Notes: generated by a model not told the origin, from the sequence alone. A stretch of 64,000 nucleotides of DNA from an uncultured virus (IMG/VR IMGVR_UViG_3300032087_004682) (IMGVR_UViG_3300032087_004682); one strand, 5' to 3'. Counted from the stretch's first letter, positions 1 through 10,542 are shown. Numbers and translations: made by a program.

Positions 1-2432
1 TTGTCTATAGCAGTCATCTTAGCGTTGGTATTAAGAACGCTCTCAATCTGAGGCTGGATATTGGCAATCAAAGACCCTGTATCTAGTGAAATCGGGTAAT
101 TCCCTTGCTCTGCATAAAGTACAGATGATCCATCCTTTCTGAATATTCTACCTCCCGAAATATTCACTGCCACACTTCCTACATTCTGGAATCTTATGTC
201 TGCAATAGTTTGGTCTATTTGGTAGTTACTGCCGTCGATCGCACGCACTGCATTAAACCATTTATCTACTCCATCTTCTGTAGTTTGTGCATACACAAGA
301 TAAGCATAGAGTTCCTGAACTGTAGCCACTCCATCTGTCTCACTTAGATCAATACCCATTGGTGTATTAGTGTAGTCAGCCGTGAATGTGGTTATCTGAC
401 TGGCGTCTACGCCATTGGAATTATAAATGGTATCCGCTTCCTGATCTACTTGGAATGTAATTCCTGAAGTTGTTGCAACGCCTGTTAGTACTACTGGCAA
501 TAAAGCCGTAGCCCCAACCACACATGTTACACGAAGCCTTACCACATCACCTACTGCGATCTCTGTAGAAGTATATGTTCCAGAGACATCAATAAATGGA
601 TCAGTAGAGGAATATTTTGTATTAACAACCTCCCCTTCTCTTGGTGAAGTTGTGTTGTATAATTGTATCCTAGAAGTGCCCTCAATATTTTTTACTTCCC
701 AGGGAAGAACCGTGGTGGATCCAAATGTACCAACTACTACCGCCCCATTACTAAGTGTGGTTGTTCCTGTGGTCGATATGTTACCCACAAAGGTTGTCGC
801 CTTAATGGTTAATGTGTTACCACTAATCGCAAATACTGAAGATGCACTTGCATCAACTACTACATCGTAAGAGCCCGCATCAATAGAGTTTCCTTCACGG
901 GCAACAATAGTTGATGTCTCGCCTGCGTAATTATCTACCAAGTATGCTTTTGCTTTATTGTAAAACTTCTGAGGTGTATCTATTTCAGTGTAGGCATCTG
1001 CGGTTGCCTTTGTGTCAGTAATAAGCTGGTCTTCAAATAGTACCCAACTTACCTCTAGCTCACCTATCCCTTTGAGGGTCTGTGTGGATTTGGACAATGA
1101 GTGGTCATACGAGCAGAACTTGAATGTAAAATCATCTGCGGTTGAATTTGAGTCAGACCGATAATCCGGCATAAAAAATCCACCAAATCTAGTAGTTCCA
1201 ATATCAGCAAAAGCTGGTATAGCATTATCAGTTTCCCTCCACTGCGAATTAAATGGATTGGGAGAGTACTGAGTGTAGGTAGAATCGGAAGGTAATGCTT
1301 CGTAAAATGTAACAGCAGTTAATACTTTAAATGTAGCTACATCTCCATTCGCATCCGTAGTTTTGTCATAAACTATTGGAGTTGTATAGTCATACGTCAT
1401 GTAGGTATTTGTAGCATCAGTAGAATAAACTCCTCTACTCAATGTGGCATCTGCTGAAATATTGTTATTACCAGCGCCAGTCTGATATTTAAATATTGCT
1501 TCCTTTTTATACTGAGATGGATTGTCTTCCAGATATACCTTACACCCTGAAATATTTGAACCCGCAGAATCTTTTAAATTAAATGACACCTGCTTATGCA
1601 CAAAATTTGACCCCATCCATGAAGATGTACCTAATCGCCACCCCATTCTCATGTCACTGCCACTTGCTGAATTCACAATATGCACATCCATGTGATTATG
1701 CTGGTATGAGCCAGTATGCCTAATGTCACTACCTCTTGTGTTTTCCGAGAAATCTACATCAAATAACTCAAACTCCCTGTATGTGCCGTATTTTCGGGCG
1801 ACAGCTCCCTCCTTGAAGTTATAAGATTGCTTATTATCAACCTTCCACGGATCAAGAGGATCTATTTTTATTAATTTTAAATTATCAATAGTACTACCAT
1901 TTCCAGAGGTAGCCACATCACGAATCTCCATGGTGTAATTGTCATCATTATTAAGAATTGTTAGGTCCTTAATATCTAACACCCCAGGCATGGTTAATGA
2001 GCGGGATGTATGAATTACCCCGCCTCGGGCAACAAAAGTTCCACTAACTACAAAACCATTGTCCCATGGCTCCCAAAATGTAAATCCATTTCCAGTTATA
2101 AAAAGTCCACAACCCGAAGATAGCCTCGTGCGACCATAAGCGGTTGTTTCCTTGCCGTAGTAATAAGTGCCACCAGAATTTACAATAAGTCCTCGCTGAT
2201 AACCGCCTCCAGAGTTTCCAGTAGTATGCTCATGGTGCATGATTAGGACTTCCTCATCTGGGTCATGATAAAGCGTCCCTTTGATTATCATCTGCAGAGT
2301 ACCAAGGTCGTAATAAATTGCACCCGTGTCCGTGGTGGTCGTGACTCCTGTAATAGAGGAAAGACCACTAAGGTCATTCTCGGTTGTGCCTGCGTCTAGG
2401 GTAATAACGTTTCCTGAAAGTGACCAACTCAT
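1..2432 (-). CDS. Tail fibre / virion structural protein, >810 aa, runs off the window start
   Basis: Absent from the ORF track because it has no stop in the window. ATG at 2432 overlaps the TGA of the upstream gene (ATGA). Reads MSWSLSGNVITLDAGTTENDLSGLSS...; Thr/Ser/Gly-rich and within the tail gene block. Confidence 0.7.
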   Translation of the reverse strand, partial: MSWSLSGNVITLDAGTTENDLSGLSSITGVTTTTDTGAIYYDLGTLQMIIKGTLYHDPDEEVLIMHHEHTTGNSGGGYQRGLIVNSGGTYYYGKETTAYGRTRLSSGCGLFITGNGFTFWEPWDNGFVVSGTFVARGGVIHTSRSLTMPGVLDIKDLTILNNDDNYTMEIRDVATSGNGSTIDNLKLIKIDPLDPWKVDNKQSYNFKEGAVARKYGTYREFELFDVDFSENTRGSDIRHTGSYQHNHMDVHIVNSASGSDMRMGWRLGTSSWMGSNFVHKQVSFNLKDSAGSNISGCKVYLEDNPSQYKKEAIFKYQTGAGNNNISADATLSRGVYSTDATNTYMTYDYTTPIVYDKTTDANGDVATFKVLTAVTFYEALPSDSTYTQYSPNPFNSQWRETDNAIPAFADIGTTRFGGFFMPDYRSDSNSTADDFTFKFCSYDHSLSKSTQTLKGIGELEVSWVLFEDQLITDTKATADAYTEIDTPQKFYNKAKAYLVDNYAGETSTIVAREGNSIDAGSYDVVVDASASSVFAISGNTLTIKATTFVGNISTTGTTTLSNGAVVVGTFGSTTVLPWEVKNIEGTSRIQLYNTTSPREGEVVNTKYSSTDPFIDVSGTYTSTEIAVGDVVRLRVTCVVGATALLPVVLTGVATTSGITFQVDQEADTIYNSNGVDASQITTFTADYTNTPMGIDLSETDGVATVQELYAYLVYAQTTEDGVDKWFNAVRAIDGSNYQIDQTIADIRFQNVGSVAVNISGGRIFRKDGSSVLYAEQGNYPISLDTGSLIANIQPQIESVLNTNAKMTAID

Positions 2433-2806
2433 GCGTAATCCTTTGTGATTGATGAGACATTACCATCCCCATCGTATGCTATAGTTTTAGTTAGGATAAC
2501 CGTATCGTCTCCATATTTAACTACGACCTGAGTGAGGTTTCCGTTCGTATAGGTGAATGTCTTTGTCTCAAGCAAATCTCCACCATCCTCATCGTACTTT
2601 GACTGACTGGTAAGCACACCATTTGTATATGTATTAGTAGTGTACGAATCGGCGTTCCCAGTAGCTAAGGTGACAATATTATTACTAGCACCACGGACAT
2701 ATAGCTTTGCGTCCGCAGTGTTTATTGCGATTTCACCCGCAACAAGGTCGGAAGTGTCGGGGACTGTACCCCGAACACTTGACCTCTTTGGAAGAATTTT
2801 AGCCAA
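2429..2806 (-). CDS. Tail-fibre-associated protein with Mtd-like N-terminal anchor
   Basis: N-terminus KILPKRSS..VP..L..GEIAINTADAKLY resembles the major-tropism-determinant N-terminal motif; C-terminus has YxNGxL beta repeats. Confidence 0.6.
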   Translation of the reverse strand: MAKILPKRSSVRGTVPDTSDLVAGEIAINTADAKLYVRGASNNIVTLATGNADSYTTNTYTNGVLTSQSKYDEDGGDLLETKTFTYTNGNLTQVVVKYGDDTVILTKTIAYDGDGNVSSITKDYA

Positions 2807-2808
2807 TC

Positions 2809-3363
2809 TTAGTAACTCCCGCCATCAATAACATGAGTTGATGAGCTATTAAGGAAGTTGGAGTCAATATCCACGGTGTATCCAGTCTCGGTAGAGCCGG
2901 AAACGGAAACAACATTAGCGGTTCCAGATACTGTAGAGTTTGTGTTATCAAGAACATCCCAAGTTTGACCACTTGATGCACTATTATGAACAACAGCATC
3001 ACCTACATTTACAAAGAACTCATTTGATCCGTCTGTAAAATATCCAGCAGCATCAACTTTATAGTAGTCACCAACCTCAGGGTTTGAAGGAAGTGCAGTA
3101 GCAGTGGTGGCGGCACCACTAGTGGCATATGCGTCTCCATTTGCAGAAAGTGTACCTTTGTACTCAAATGCAGAAGCAAGACCGCCGATTGCGCCGCTAA
3201 TTTCTTGAGTGACTGCAGTTGCGTCCTTGAAGGTAATTACCCCGCTTCCACCAGTACCAATATAAAATTGCTTATCGGCAAGGTTTGCTGAGATTTCCCC
3301 TTCGTTTGTGTCTGGTCCAGCTGCTCCCGCAGTTGAACTCCGTTTGATTTTAATAGTAGCCAT
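2809..3363 (-). CDS. Tail-fibre-associated protein with Mtd-like N-terminal anchor
   Basis: IKIKRSSTAG..P..GEISANLADKQFYIG N-terminus; ends IDGGSY. Confidence 0.6.
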   Translation of the reverse strand: MATIKIKRSSTAGAAGPDTNEGEISANLADKQFYIGTGGSGVITFKDATAVTQEISGAIGGLASAFEYKGTLSANGDAYATSGAATTATALPSNPEVGDYYKVDAAGYFTDGSNEFFVNVGDAVVHNSASSGQTWDVLDNTNSTVSGTANVVSVSGSTETGYTVDIDSNFLNSSSTHVIDGGSY

Positions 3364-3389
3364 TTTTAGTAGTAGTTATTGGTTATAAG

Positions 3390-3710
3390 TTAGGAGTATG
3401 TCCCTCCGTCTATTTCTGTTTCCAGAGCTGTGACACGCGTTTCCACGTTCCCGAGGGACACGGTTGTAGCTCTTAAATCAATTAAATCCTCTAATGCAGA
3501 CTTAGTGTTACTAAAGCTCACTTTAGAAACTCCTATTTCCTGAACATAAATACTTATGTCTTCTGGAACCACAAATGGGGCACGCCGGGCTCCTGCGGGA
3601 ACACCCAGCGATACACCACCAATTGTTTCTCTTAGATACGCACCAGCTTGCCATAGCAGTGAAGTTTTATCCACCTCTGCATCCTCATTGCTGGTAAATA
3701 GGTCCGCCAT
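3390..3710 (-). CDS. Small virion/fibre protein with coiled-coil C-terminus
   Basis: Ends RVTALETEIDGGTYS, the same IDGG-Y ending as its neighbour. Confidence 0.5.
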   Translation of the reverse strand: MADLFTSNEDAEVDKTSLLWQAGAYLRETIGGVSLGVPAGARRAPFVVPEDISIYVQEIGVSKVSFSNTKSALEDLIDLRATTVSLGNVETRVTALETEIDGGTYS

Positions 3711-3734
3711 GTCGTTATTATAATTTTCGTGTAA

Positions 3735-4127
3735 CTAGGTTTGCAATCTGAAAGTACCCTTAATGTACCTATTGTTGTACATATCTGTAGATGTCAGAGG
3801 AGCGGAAGGGTCACTTACTCCCACTCCCTCCCATTTATCAAATTCATAACCAGTATTAGGTGTAGCCTCTATAAATACTTGGGTGCCGTAATTAAATATA
3901 TTTGTAGTAGATTTTATTTTCACACTGCCACCTTTACCTGTGGTTAAGTTAAGGGCCATCGTTCTGCCATCAAAGTCATTAAATCCATTAGCAAAATCAT
4001 CTACCGCCGTTTGATCTTGTGCCTTAATCTTAGCAGCAGAGTAAACAATACCAGTAGAAAAATTATCATACTCTTTCGGTATTATTTCCCCCTGATTATT
4101 AAATATGGCTGTAGTTCTGTCTGGCAT
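3735..4127 (-). CDS. Protein with divergent InlB B-repeat-like domain; true start probably 4127
   Basis: TAATG coupling at 4127 gives MPDRTTAIF. The ATPNTGYEFDKWEG motif is paralogous to the C-terminus of the 4127-5275 protein. Confidence 0.6.
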   Translation of the reverse strand: MPDRTTAIFNNQGEIIPKEYDNFSTGIVYSAAKIKAQDQTAVDDFANGFNDFDGRTMALNLTTGKGGSVKIKSTTNIFNYGTQVFIEATPNTGYEFDKWEGVGVSDPSAPLTSTDMYNNRYIKGTFRLQT

Positions 4128-5275
4128 TATCCTGGTACAAATTCTGCCCGCACATAGCGGTTGTCGCTCATCTCTACAGTAGTTGATGCACTGGTTGGTG
4201 TTCTTACGCCCACCCCAATCCATCTATTAAACACAAATCCATCATCAGGGGTGGCGGTAATATCAACATTAACCCCAGCAGGAAATGTATTAGTGTTACC
4301 TTCGTAATTAGCGGTACCGCCACTGGTAGAAGATAGTATGAGGGTGTAAGCTGTAAGCTCTTGCTCCTGCAATCCAAGTATGAAGTTGGTTTGCGCGTTT
4401 TGCTCCTGTGCCTCCAACATCGCAGCGGTATTAACAATAGCGGTAGTAAATGTATTGTATTCATCTGGAACAATAGTGCCGTCATGATCAAATCCTGTGA
4501 GAAGCTCATCCTCTATAATGGATGTGGCATTCACTCTGCTGCTATTGTATTCTTTTTCATTCAGGAATATAAGAGCCCGCTCCTTGTTGTACATAGCCAT
4601 GAATGATTGGTATTCACCCATATCATTATCGACTTCTCTGGCTAAATGACCTTTCACATAGCTGGATACAGCCTTTGCCACCATGTCATCAAATATAACT
4701 ATGGTATCCTTCTCGTCATCTGTAGCTTTATAGATAGGAGTAAAATGAACTTCCCCACTGTAGTATATATATACAACCTCATCATCCCTTAGCTTTGGAG
4801 CTATCCAGAAAGCATTAGGACCGAAGGATACACGACCTGGTACATTTGTGGTTCTCTCAACCACGCCACCATCTATTAAGTCAAACCTAGTTTCCCATGG
4901 TATACTTCTTGGGTAGTAGTACCTGGATCTGTCTTGGCTATTTTCTTCGGTTACCACACGCCTGATTATGACATCCTTAATTCTTCTTTTACCAGATAAG
5001 AATAACCCTTGGTGAACATCTACATCTTCGTTTTGTATAGATTGTACTGAGTTTGGTATACCAGCATTTGTAAGACCCACTACTTGTGGCTCTGCTAATG
5101 TATCTGGAGAGTGCATTGTAAATTGATGCTCTCGCAGCTGGGGTACATACCTTTGTAAATCTATTACGGATGCAACGATCATGCGGTCGATGTACTCTTG
5201 TACACCACGACCTTTTCTCTCCCTGTCAACCAGTAGATAGGTACGAACGACTTCGTTAAAATCTGCCCAGTTCAT
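4127..5275 (-). CDS. Head-tail adaptor / tail tubular-like protein with C-terminal B-repeat-like domain
   Basis: Follows the capsid block; C-terminal ATPDDGFVFNRW motif. The adaptor role is inferred from context only. Confidence 0.45.
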   Translation of the reverse strand: MNWADFNEVVRTYLLVDRERKGRGVQEYIDRMIVASVIDLQRYVPQLREHQFTMHSPDTLAEPQVVGLTNAGIPNSVQSIQNEDVDVHQGLFLSGKRRIKDVIIRRVVTEENSQDRSRYYYPRSIPWETRFDLIDGGVVERTTNVPGRVSFGPNAFWIAPKLRDDEVVYIYYSGEVHFTPIYKATDDEKDTIVIFDDMVAKAVSSYVKGHLAREVDNDMGEYQSFMAMYNKERALIFLNEKEYNSSRVNATSIIEDELLTGFDHDGTIVPDEYNTFTTAIVNTAAMLEAQEQNAQTNFILGLQEQELTAYTLILSSTSGGTANYEGNTNTFPAGVNVDITATPDDGFVFNRWIGVGVRTPTSASTTVEMSDNRYVRAEFVPG

Positions 5276-5736
5276 CGCCTACCGCCGGGTGTGAAATAAA
5301 ACCCCAAAATCATGGGTGCCAGCAAAACAACGAAGTACAAACTTAAATGTCCTGTCGTGACCATAATGGCCGACTGTTTAGCAGGAAATGAAACGAGCCC
5401 GAAGAGGAACTCGGTTGCACCTTCTCCTGTTGGGTTGGTAAGGGTGATAATTTCTTGGCTCGGGAACAAGGTACACAAGATGACGACTGCACTGAGGGTT
5501 CCGCATAGTATGAGTGAGAGCAGCCTCCTAGTAACCCTAGTAAACATACCACCTTCACCACTGTTAAGCTGTTCTTGAAACTTAAGTGCAAACTCATTCC
5601 CTCTAGCCTCCCTTGCTAACTCTAATTCAAATTTCTGCTGACGGCTGTCACTAATCGTCCCGAATACCCCTTTCAGGACAGACCCCAATGCTGCAGACCC
5701 GCCAGCAGTAAAAAACATGGTAATTAACTCAAACAT
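5272..5736 (-). CDS. Holin-like membrane protein
   Basis: Amphipathic N-terminus, charged linker and two further hydrophobic segments, as in 3-TM holins. Confidence 0.55.
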   Translation of the reverse strand: MFELITMFFTAGGSAALGSVLKGVFGTISDSRQQKFELELAREARGNEFALKFQEQLNSGEGGMFTRVTRRLLSLILCGTLSAVVILCTLFPSQEIITLTNPTGEGATEFLFGLVSFPAKQSAIMVTTGHLSLYFVVLLAPMILGFYFTPGGRR

Positions 5737-8700
5737 TAAAGAAAATAGTTGCGATTCCCCTCAATGTCATAATGCGTAAACCAACCATTGGAGGGTGATA
5801 AAGTAGCTCCCCATATAGCTCCAGATATAGTCGTAAAGGTACCACGATCATTAATACCATTTGGAAATACCGTACTCAAATCCGCAAAGTCCTCAACATC
5901 ACCACTATCGTAATCAGCCCAAACTAATGCATAAGTAACGCTTAAGTATTGATCCCCCTCAAATGTATCCCATGTGTAGTTTTCGGTTGTGCCATCAGGA
6001 AATACGCCAGCAGTTCCGTAATAACCATCAGCCTTAACCCCAGCAGGAAAAACAGTTGGGGTAATTGTCCATGTTTCCCCGTGCAAAGTGCTACTCGGAG
6101 CTGCCCCAAAGCCTGGATCTGATTCTGTAAACAGTTTAAATTCTGGCCTATCCTGAATCCAGATATTTATCATCTCTCCGTCCGCAACAGGCGTATTGGT
6201 ATCAGGCCTCCACACTGGGAACGCTATTGTTTTTTGCTCGGTTCTGTTATGCAAATACATTAACAACTTCCAGTTTCCATTCCCTCCATAAGGATCAGAG
6301 AAACCAGATGGTGGCTCTGGAATTATCATAGTTACATAATCACCAGCGAGGCTTTTTACGGTTCCGTCAGTAAATCCCCTAGATGCAGATTTACTATATA
6401 ATCCATACATCGGATCAGTATCCCATCTATTCCATACACCATCTCCATCATAATCGGGAGCACCTGACCCATACCCTCCATCAAGAGGTCGGTCGCCTAG
6501 CTCTACTCCATAAAATTGCGGCTCTAAATTATCCGAACTTTCAATAGTTCCGGCTGTCGGAGTTATCATTTCCCCTGTAGCTTTATTAATAATTTTCAGC
6601 CTTAGGTGGATGTCTGTCCATGGCCTTGAGTCAGGTGCAGGCTGTACATCTCTTACCAGGTAATTAAGGGCATTCCCCTTGACTCCATCAAGAGAGTATT
6701 CATACCAATCTAAGTGAAGCCTAATTTGCTCCCCATTCTGGTAATCGTTGCGCTTTACGCCTGGGTCCTCCCCCGGAAACTCATGCCCCTTGCTATAGAA
6801 ATCCTCATCCGCAAGCCAAAGAATTTTGTTTGCTACAGAAAAGGTAGTACCATCACTTTGGTATACATTAGTGAAGTCAGCAACAACCCCCCAAACATAA
6901 CCAGGCTCCAATCCTGCTGCCTTATAGTTAAATTCCAGCCAGATTGTGTGATTGCCGTCCAGTTCACTGCCCCCATTATCTCCAACGACAGATCCATCTG
7001 GTAATTCAAAGCTTCTATTCCTAAAGTATATATCCTTATAGAAATTAGTCGCATCAGTTCCTGTTATTGGAGTTATATCTCCATAAGACCTACTTTGAGA
7101 TCCGTTATACCTTCCACCATGCAAGCCATGATCTAGGGTAAACTCTGGGGTTATCGTAATTGTATTCTTAGGGACACCGCCTGGATCAGGAAGTGTAAAC
7201 TTCCATCGTTTATATGACCCGTACCAAGAATAGGTGTCCTCTGCTGCAACAATGTCTCCTGGATAATTCCCAAACCAACTAGCCTTTATTCTCTCAAGAT
7301 TATAACTATCTGGATTCTTGATATATATATACACATCATCACCCACATTGTAACTTTGCTCAGTCACTCCACCAGAAGATGGATTAAAATCTGCATCACC
7401 TTCAGTCAAACTAGCGACTTTTACTAAAACATCAGTATCTGAGTTGTCTCCAACTCCATCACCATCAAGATCACCCCACTCCGTGTTATCTGCAGGAAAT
7501 GCATCCAGGGAGTCCCATACTCCATCGCCATCGGAGTCTGGTACATTAATATACGCAGGAAGCATAGTAGTACCATTAAGACCAGCATATCCATTTGGAT
7601 AAACCACACTACCAGAATGAGAGAAGTAAAATTTTAATTTTTTAGATCGGATGTAATAATCCCAATCATAGTTGTTTTCTAGGGTGGACCAATGAAAACT
7701 ATTATAGCCTCCGTTAGCTTCAATTACGGCTTCTGCTTCATCTGTATATCTAAGGTTGTACCATCTCTCATAATAATCATCAGATTCCTCATGCGGGAAT
7801 AAATCGTAACCAGTATTTTGAGTTCTTCTTGAGAGGCCAAAGAATTGAGGTCTATCCTCCACTACAAATGTAATTAACTCCCCAGTCTCTGGATAGTCAT
7901 ATACCTTATTGCCATCGGCATCAATTGTGTAGTCGGGTTGCCATATGTATTGATTAAGCTGCCAGTTGTTATCAGCACCAATAACGCCCATTCGCACAAA
8001 CCAATTCCCCTCCCCTGACCAACGAGATGGTCTATATGTGAAGCTAACCTCAATCTTGCCATCTGCATTAACTACTGCAGTTAACTCTTGAGGTGGTGGA
8101 GAGGCATCTGGGTACCCATCTCCATCGCTATCCACAAGGGTTAATGTTTTAGTAATGCTTGCAGCAAAAGTGTTTTCATCCGCTGGGATATTTGCAGTAA
8201 TATCAACACTTAGCGAGCTAGGTACAGACCATAAGGTTGATGGACGAAAAGTATTTCCATCCATAGATCCCAAAGTTGTGTCCGACAATTCATATGTAAT
8301 TGTACCCAGGTCTGACGATGCAGTTAATTCAATGGCATCTGTTACAGCACTTAAATCCTGATCCCATGCTAAATTAGAGTCCTGCTGATTTGGGAACTCA
8401 TCTATATAGTCTGGCGTACCATCTCCATCCGTGTCGGTTAATGTGTCTACAATATTTATTGATTTTGTAACTGAAGCAGGAAGAATGACTGGATCTGATG
8501 TAGGGTCACCCGCTTGTGATGCAGTAATCGTTGCAGATCCTTTTGCTAGTATAGTAAGGACATCGCCATTAATAGATACTACATCTCCAGTGTCCGGATT
8601 TTCCACAGAGTAAACAATCGGTAAACCTGTGTCAGCTGTTGCGTTAAGTGTAATTGTTGGCGTTGTTGTGATCTCAATGTCAGTAAAGCTTTGCGTCCAG

Positions 8701-9665
8701 GTTATTTCCTGCGCTTGATTTACTGAAACACTCTTCGTTACTGGACTCGCTGCAAGATATTGTTCATTACCAGTTTGTATGGCAGTGATATTGGACTGAC
8801 CACTCTTAAGGAACATTAAGGTGGATCCAGATACTATAGCTACATCAGTATTGGAGCTTGTGTATCTAACGATCAACCCAGAGTTTGTTGTAGCAGTTAA
8901 GGGTATTTGCTCGCCCGCATTTATTGATCCAAATGTTTGATCCCAGGTTATTACTTGAGGCTCCTGATTAGGAAATGGGTCAGCTATGTCAGGTATTCCG
9001 TCTCCGTCAGAATCGGTAACATCATCTGTAATATTTAATATTAAATCCTCAGGAAAGGCCGCTTCATATTCATCGTCTCCATCCTGATATGCAGTAATAA
9101 TTAATTGCCCGCCTTTGAGTAATGTTAAGACATCTGAGTCTAGTCTCGCCAGCGATTCATCATTTATTGCATACCTTACAGGCAACCCTGATGATGCGGT
9201 TGCTGCCAATATAAACTGAGAGCTAGAAAGATTAACGGTTTCAAGTTGCCCGAACTCAATTTGCTGAGATTCCTTCGCAACAACTAACTTCCTATCGTAA
9301 TTAGGCGCAGCCTCATAATTTGAATTACCACCTTGTGTTGCCCTAATAATAGCCACACCAGACTTTATAATTGTAACCATGCCAGCTGGCGTAACAATTG
9401 CCACTTCTGGGTGCAGGCTTTCAAAGGTAACTGGCAGCCCAGAAGATGATGTAGCCACAGCCTGAAAGCTGGGATCAGTAAGGCTCTTGGTTGGAATCTC
9501 TAAAAATGTAATACTTTGGCTCTGGAGTAGCCTTACATAATTTAACTCAGCTTTTTTTACAGCTGGGTTAGTATTTAGTGGGCCAACTAAGTTAGGGGCA
9601 TCCGCTCTATTTTTTATGCGGTAGACAAACTTTCTGTCGGGCTGCTCTGTTACATCTTCTGTCAT
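5736..9665 (-). CDS. 1309-aa adhesin-like protein with Ig-like repeats and DxDGDG Ca-binding repeats
   Basis: Repeated Q-x-I-T-F...ATxSSGLPV.Y.S...G..TITA.Q.G units; several TSP3-like D(S/T)DGDG.PD..D.FP motifs. Confidence 0.75.
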   Translation of the reverse strand: MTEDVTEQPDRKFVYRIKNRADAPNLVGPLNTNPAVKKAELNYVRLLQSQSITFLEIPTKSLTDPSFQAVATSSSGLPVTFESLHPEVAIVTPAGMVTIIKSGVAIIRATQGGNSNYEAAPNYDRKLVVAKESQQIEFGQLETVNLSSSQFILAATASSGLPVRYAINDESLARLDSDVLTLLKGGQLIITAYQDGDDEYEAAFPEDLILNITDDVTDSDGDGIPDIADPFPNQEPQVITWDQTFGSINAGEQIPLTATTNSGLIVRYTSSNTDVAIVSGSTLMFLKSGQSNITAIQTGNEQYLAASPVTKSVSVNQAQEITWTQSFTDIEITTTPTITLNATADTGLPIVYSVENPDTGDVVSINGDVLTILAKGSATITASQAGDPTSDPVILPASVTKSINIVDTLTDTDGDGTPDYIDEFPNQQDSNLAWDQDLSAVTDAIELTASSDLGTITYELSDTTLGSMDGNTFRPSTLWSVPSSLSVDITANIPADENTFAASITKTLTLVDSDGDGYPDASPPPQELTAVVNADGKIEVSFTYRPSRWSGEGNWFVRMGVIGADNNWQLNQYIWQPDYTIDADGNKVYDYPETGELITFVVEDRPQFFGLSRRTQNTGYDLFPHEESDDYYERWYNLRYTDEAEAVIEANGGYNSFHWSTLENNYDWDYYIRSKKLKFYFSHSGSVVYPNGYAGLNGTTMLPAYINVPDSDGDGVWDSLDAFPADNTEWGDLDGDGVGDNSDTDVLVKVASLTEGDADFNPSSGGVTEQSYNVGDDVYIYIKNPDSYNLERIKASWFGNYPGDIVAAEDTYSWYGSYKRWKFTLPDPGGVPKNTITITPEFTLDHGLHGGRYNGSQSRSYGDITPITGTDATNFYKDIYFRNRSFELPDGSVVGDNGGSELDGNHTIWLEFNYKAAGLEPGYVWGVVADFTNVYQSDGTTFSVANKILWLADEDFYSKGHEFPGEDPGVKRNDYQNGEQIRLHLDWYEYSLDGVKGNALNYLVRDVQPAPDSRPWTDIHLRLKIINKATGEMITPTAGTIESSDNLEPQFYGVELGDRPLDGGYGSGAPDYDGDGVWNRWDTDPMYGLYSKSASRGFTDGTVKSLAGDYVTMIIPEPPSGFSDPYGGNGNWKLLMYLHNRTEQKTIAFPVWRPDTNTPVADGEMINIWIQDRPEFKLFTESDPGFGAAPSSTLHGETWTITPTVFPAGVKADGYYGTAGVFPDGTTENYTWDTFEGDQYLSVTYALVWADYDSGDVEDFADLSTVFPNGINDRGTFTTISGAIWGATLSPSNGWFTHYDIEGNRNYFL

Positions 9666-9979
9666 ACAAGCTCGTACTTTAATTCTAATTCGTAAGCATC
9701 TATAACCTCTTGCTTCTGCTCATCTGTAGCATCAGGTTGCCAAGTGATTATAATCTCATCCTGCACGTAGGTTGAGGTACTGATACCAAACCTCTCAACA
9801 TCATCAATTACGCTATTTACAGCATACTTGATAATCTCAAAATTATTATCAATTTGTTGCCATGTAAGAGGATCTTCCCCCTGTTGTGGGGCTGATCTTA
9901 ACCTGACATACTTGTCGTCATCAGGGATGTCCTCGGCTGAGAACTCAGGATAGTTTGTTTGTATCTTGTCGGTGCTCAT
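9662..9979 (-). CDS. Hypothetical structural protein
   Basis: PLTWQQIDNNF motif seen at fibre N-termini; ATGA-coupled to the adhesin gene. Confidence 0.5.
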   Translation of the reverse strand: MSTDKIQTNYPEFSAEDIPDDDKYVRLRSAPQQGEDPLTWQQIDNNFEIIKYAVNSVIDDVERFGISTSTYVQDEIIITWQPDATDEQKQEVIDAYELELKYELV

Positions 9980-10124
9980 CTTTAGCTTTCAGCCTCGCAT
10001 AGATACTAACACCCATATGGACAGCCGTCAATATGGCGCAAACTGTGGCAGCAATTAAATGAACTGTATCCAGGGTAAAGCTGGCAAAAGTTCCAGCTAG
10101 ACCCACAAGTGACTGCTTGTCCAT
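9945..10124 (-). CDS. Small 59-aa membrane protein, holin-like
   Basis: Below the ORF-track cutoff. TAATG-coupled start; MDKQSLVGLAGTFASFTLDTVHLIAATVCAILTAVHMGVSIYARLKAKDEHRQDTNKLS, hydrophobic with a charged C-tail. Confidence 0.6.
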   Translation of the reverse strand: MDKQSLVGLAGTFASFTLDTVHLIAATVCAILTAVHMGVSIYARLKAKDEHRQDTNKLS

Positions 10125-10480
10125 TATTTGCTTTCCTCAAGTGGGTCCTCTACCTTGGCTTTCCCTACTTTAACTAAATCTTTAGCTTTCTTCTTAGACG
10201 CCGCCGCTGGTTTGCTTTCTTCTGCATACACTGCATTGGGGTCTTTGCTCGGATCTTGGTGTACCGTCCCTAAAACTCGCAGCGACACCGGACGAGTTTT
10301 TTTTACTGCGACATACTCTTCCTCATTGGTTTCGTCAATAAGGTCGCCATGAAGCTTCATGAGTAAATCAGCATCCTTGTCTTCGTAAGCACCGATACCG
10401 ACATTCATTACACCAATACGCACACGATCATATTCTGCACCGTACTCGTATGGGATTTTTTTAAAGATAAGATATTTCAT
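10124..10480 (-). CDS. Hypothetical protein downstream of capsid gene
   Basis: ATG at 10480 (MKYLIFKK) lies just past the terminator hairpin. Confidence 0.55.
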   Translation of the reverse strand: MKYLIFKKIPYEYGAEYDRVRIGVMNVGIGAYEDKDADLLMKLHGDLIDETNEEEYVAVKKTRPVSLRVLGTVHQDPSKDPNAVYAEESKPAAASKKKAKDLVKVGKAKVEDPLEESK

Positions 10481-10482
10481 AT

Positions 10483-10533
10483 AAGAAAACCCCACCCCCT
10501 CCCCCGCTGATCGGGGGAGGAGAATGAGGTCTT
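10483..10533 (-). terminator. Rho-independent terminator after major capsid gene
   Basis: Minus strand CTCCCCCCG-ATCAG-CGGGGGGAG stem with an extension, followed by TTTTCTT. Confidence 0.7.
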
Positions 10534-10542
10534 AATTAAGGA

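Noticed and set aside
1..9665. Diversity-generating retroelement suggested by Mtd-like N-termini
   Set aside because: No reverse transcriptase or TR/VR pair noticed in the window.
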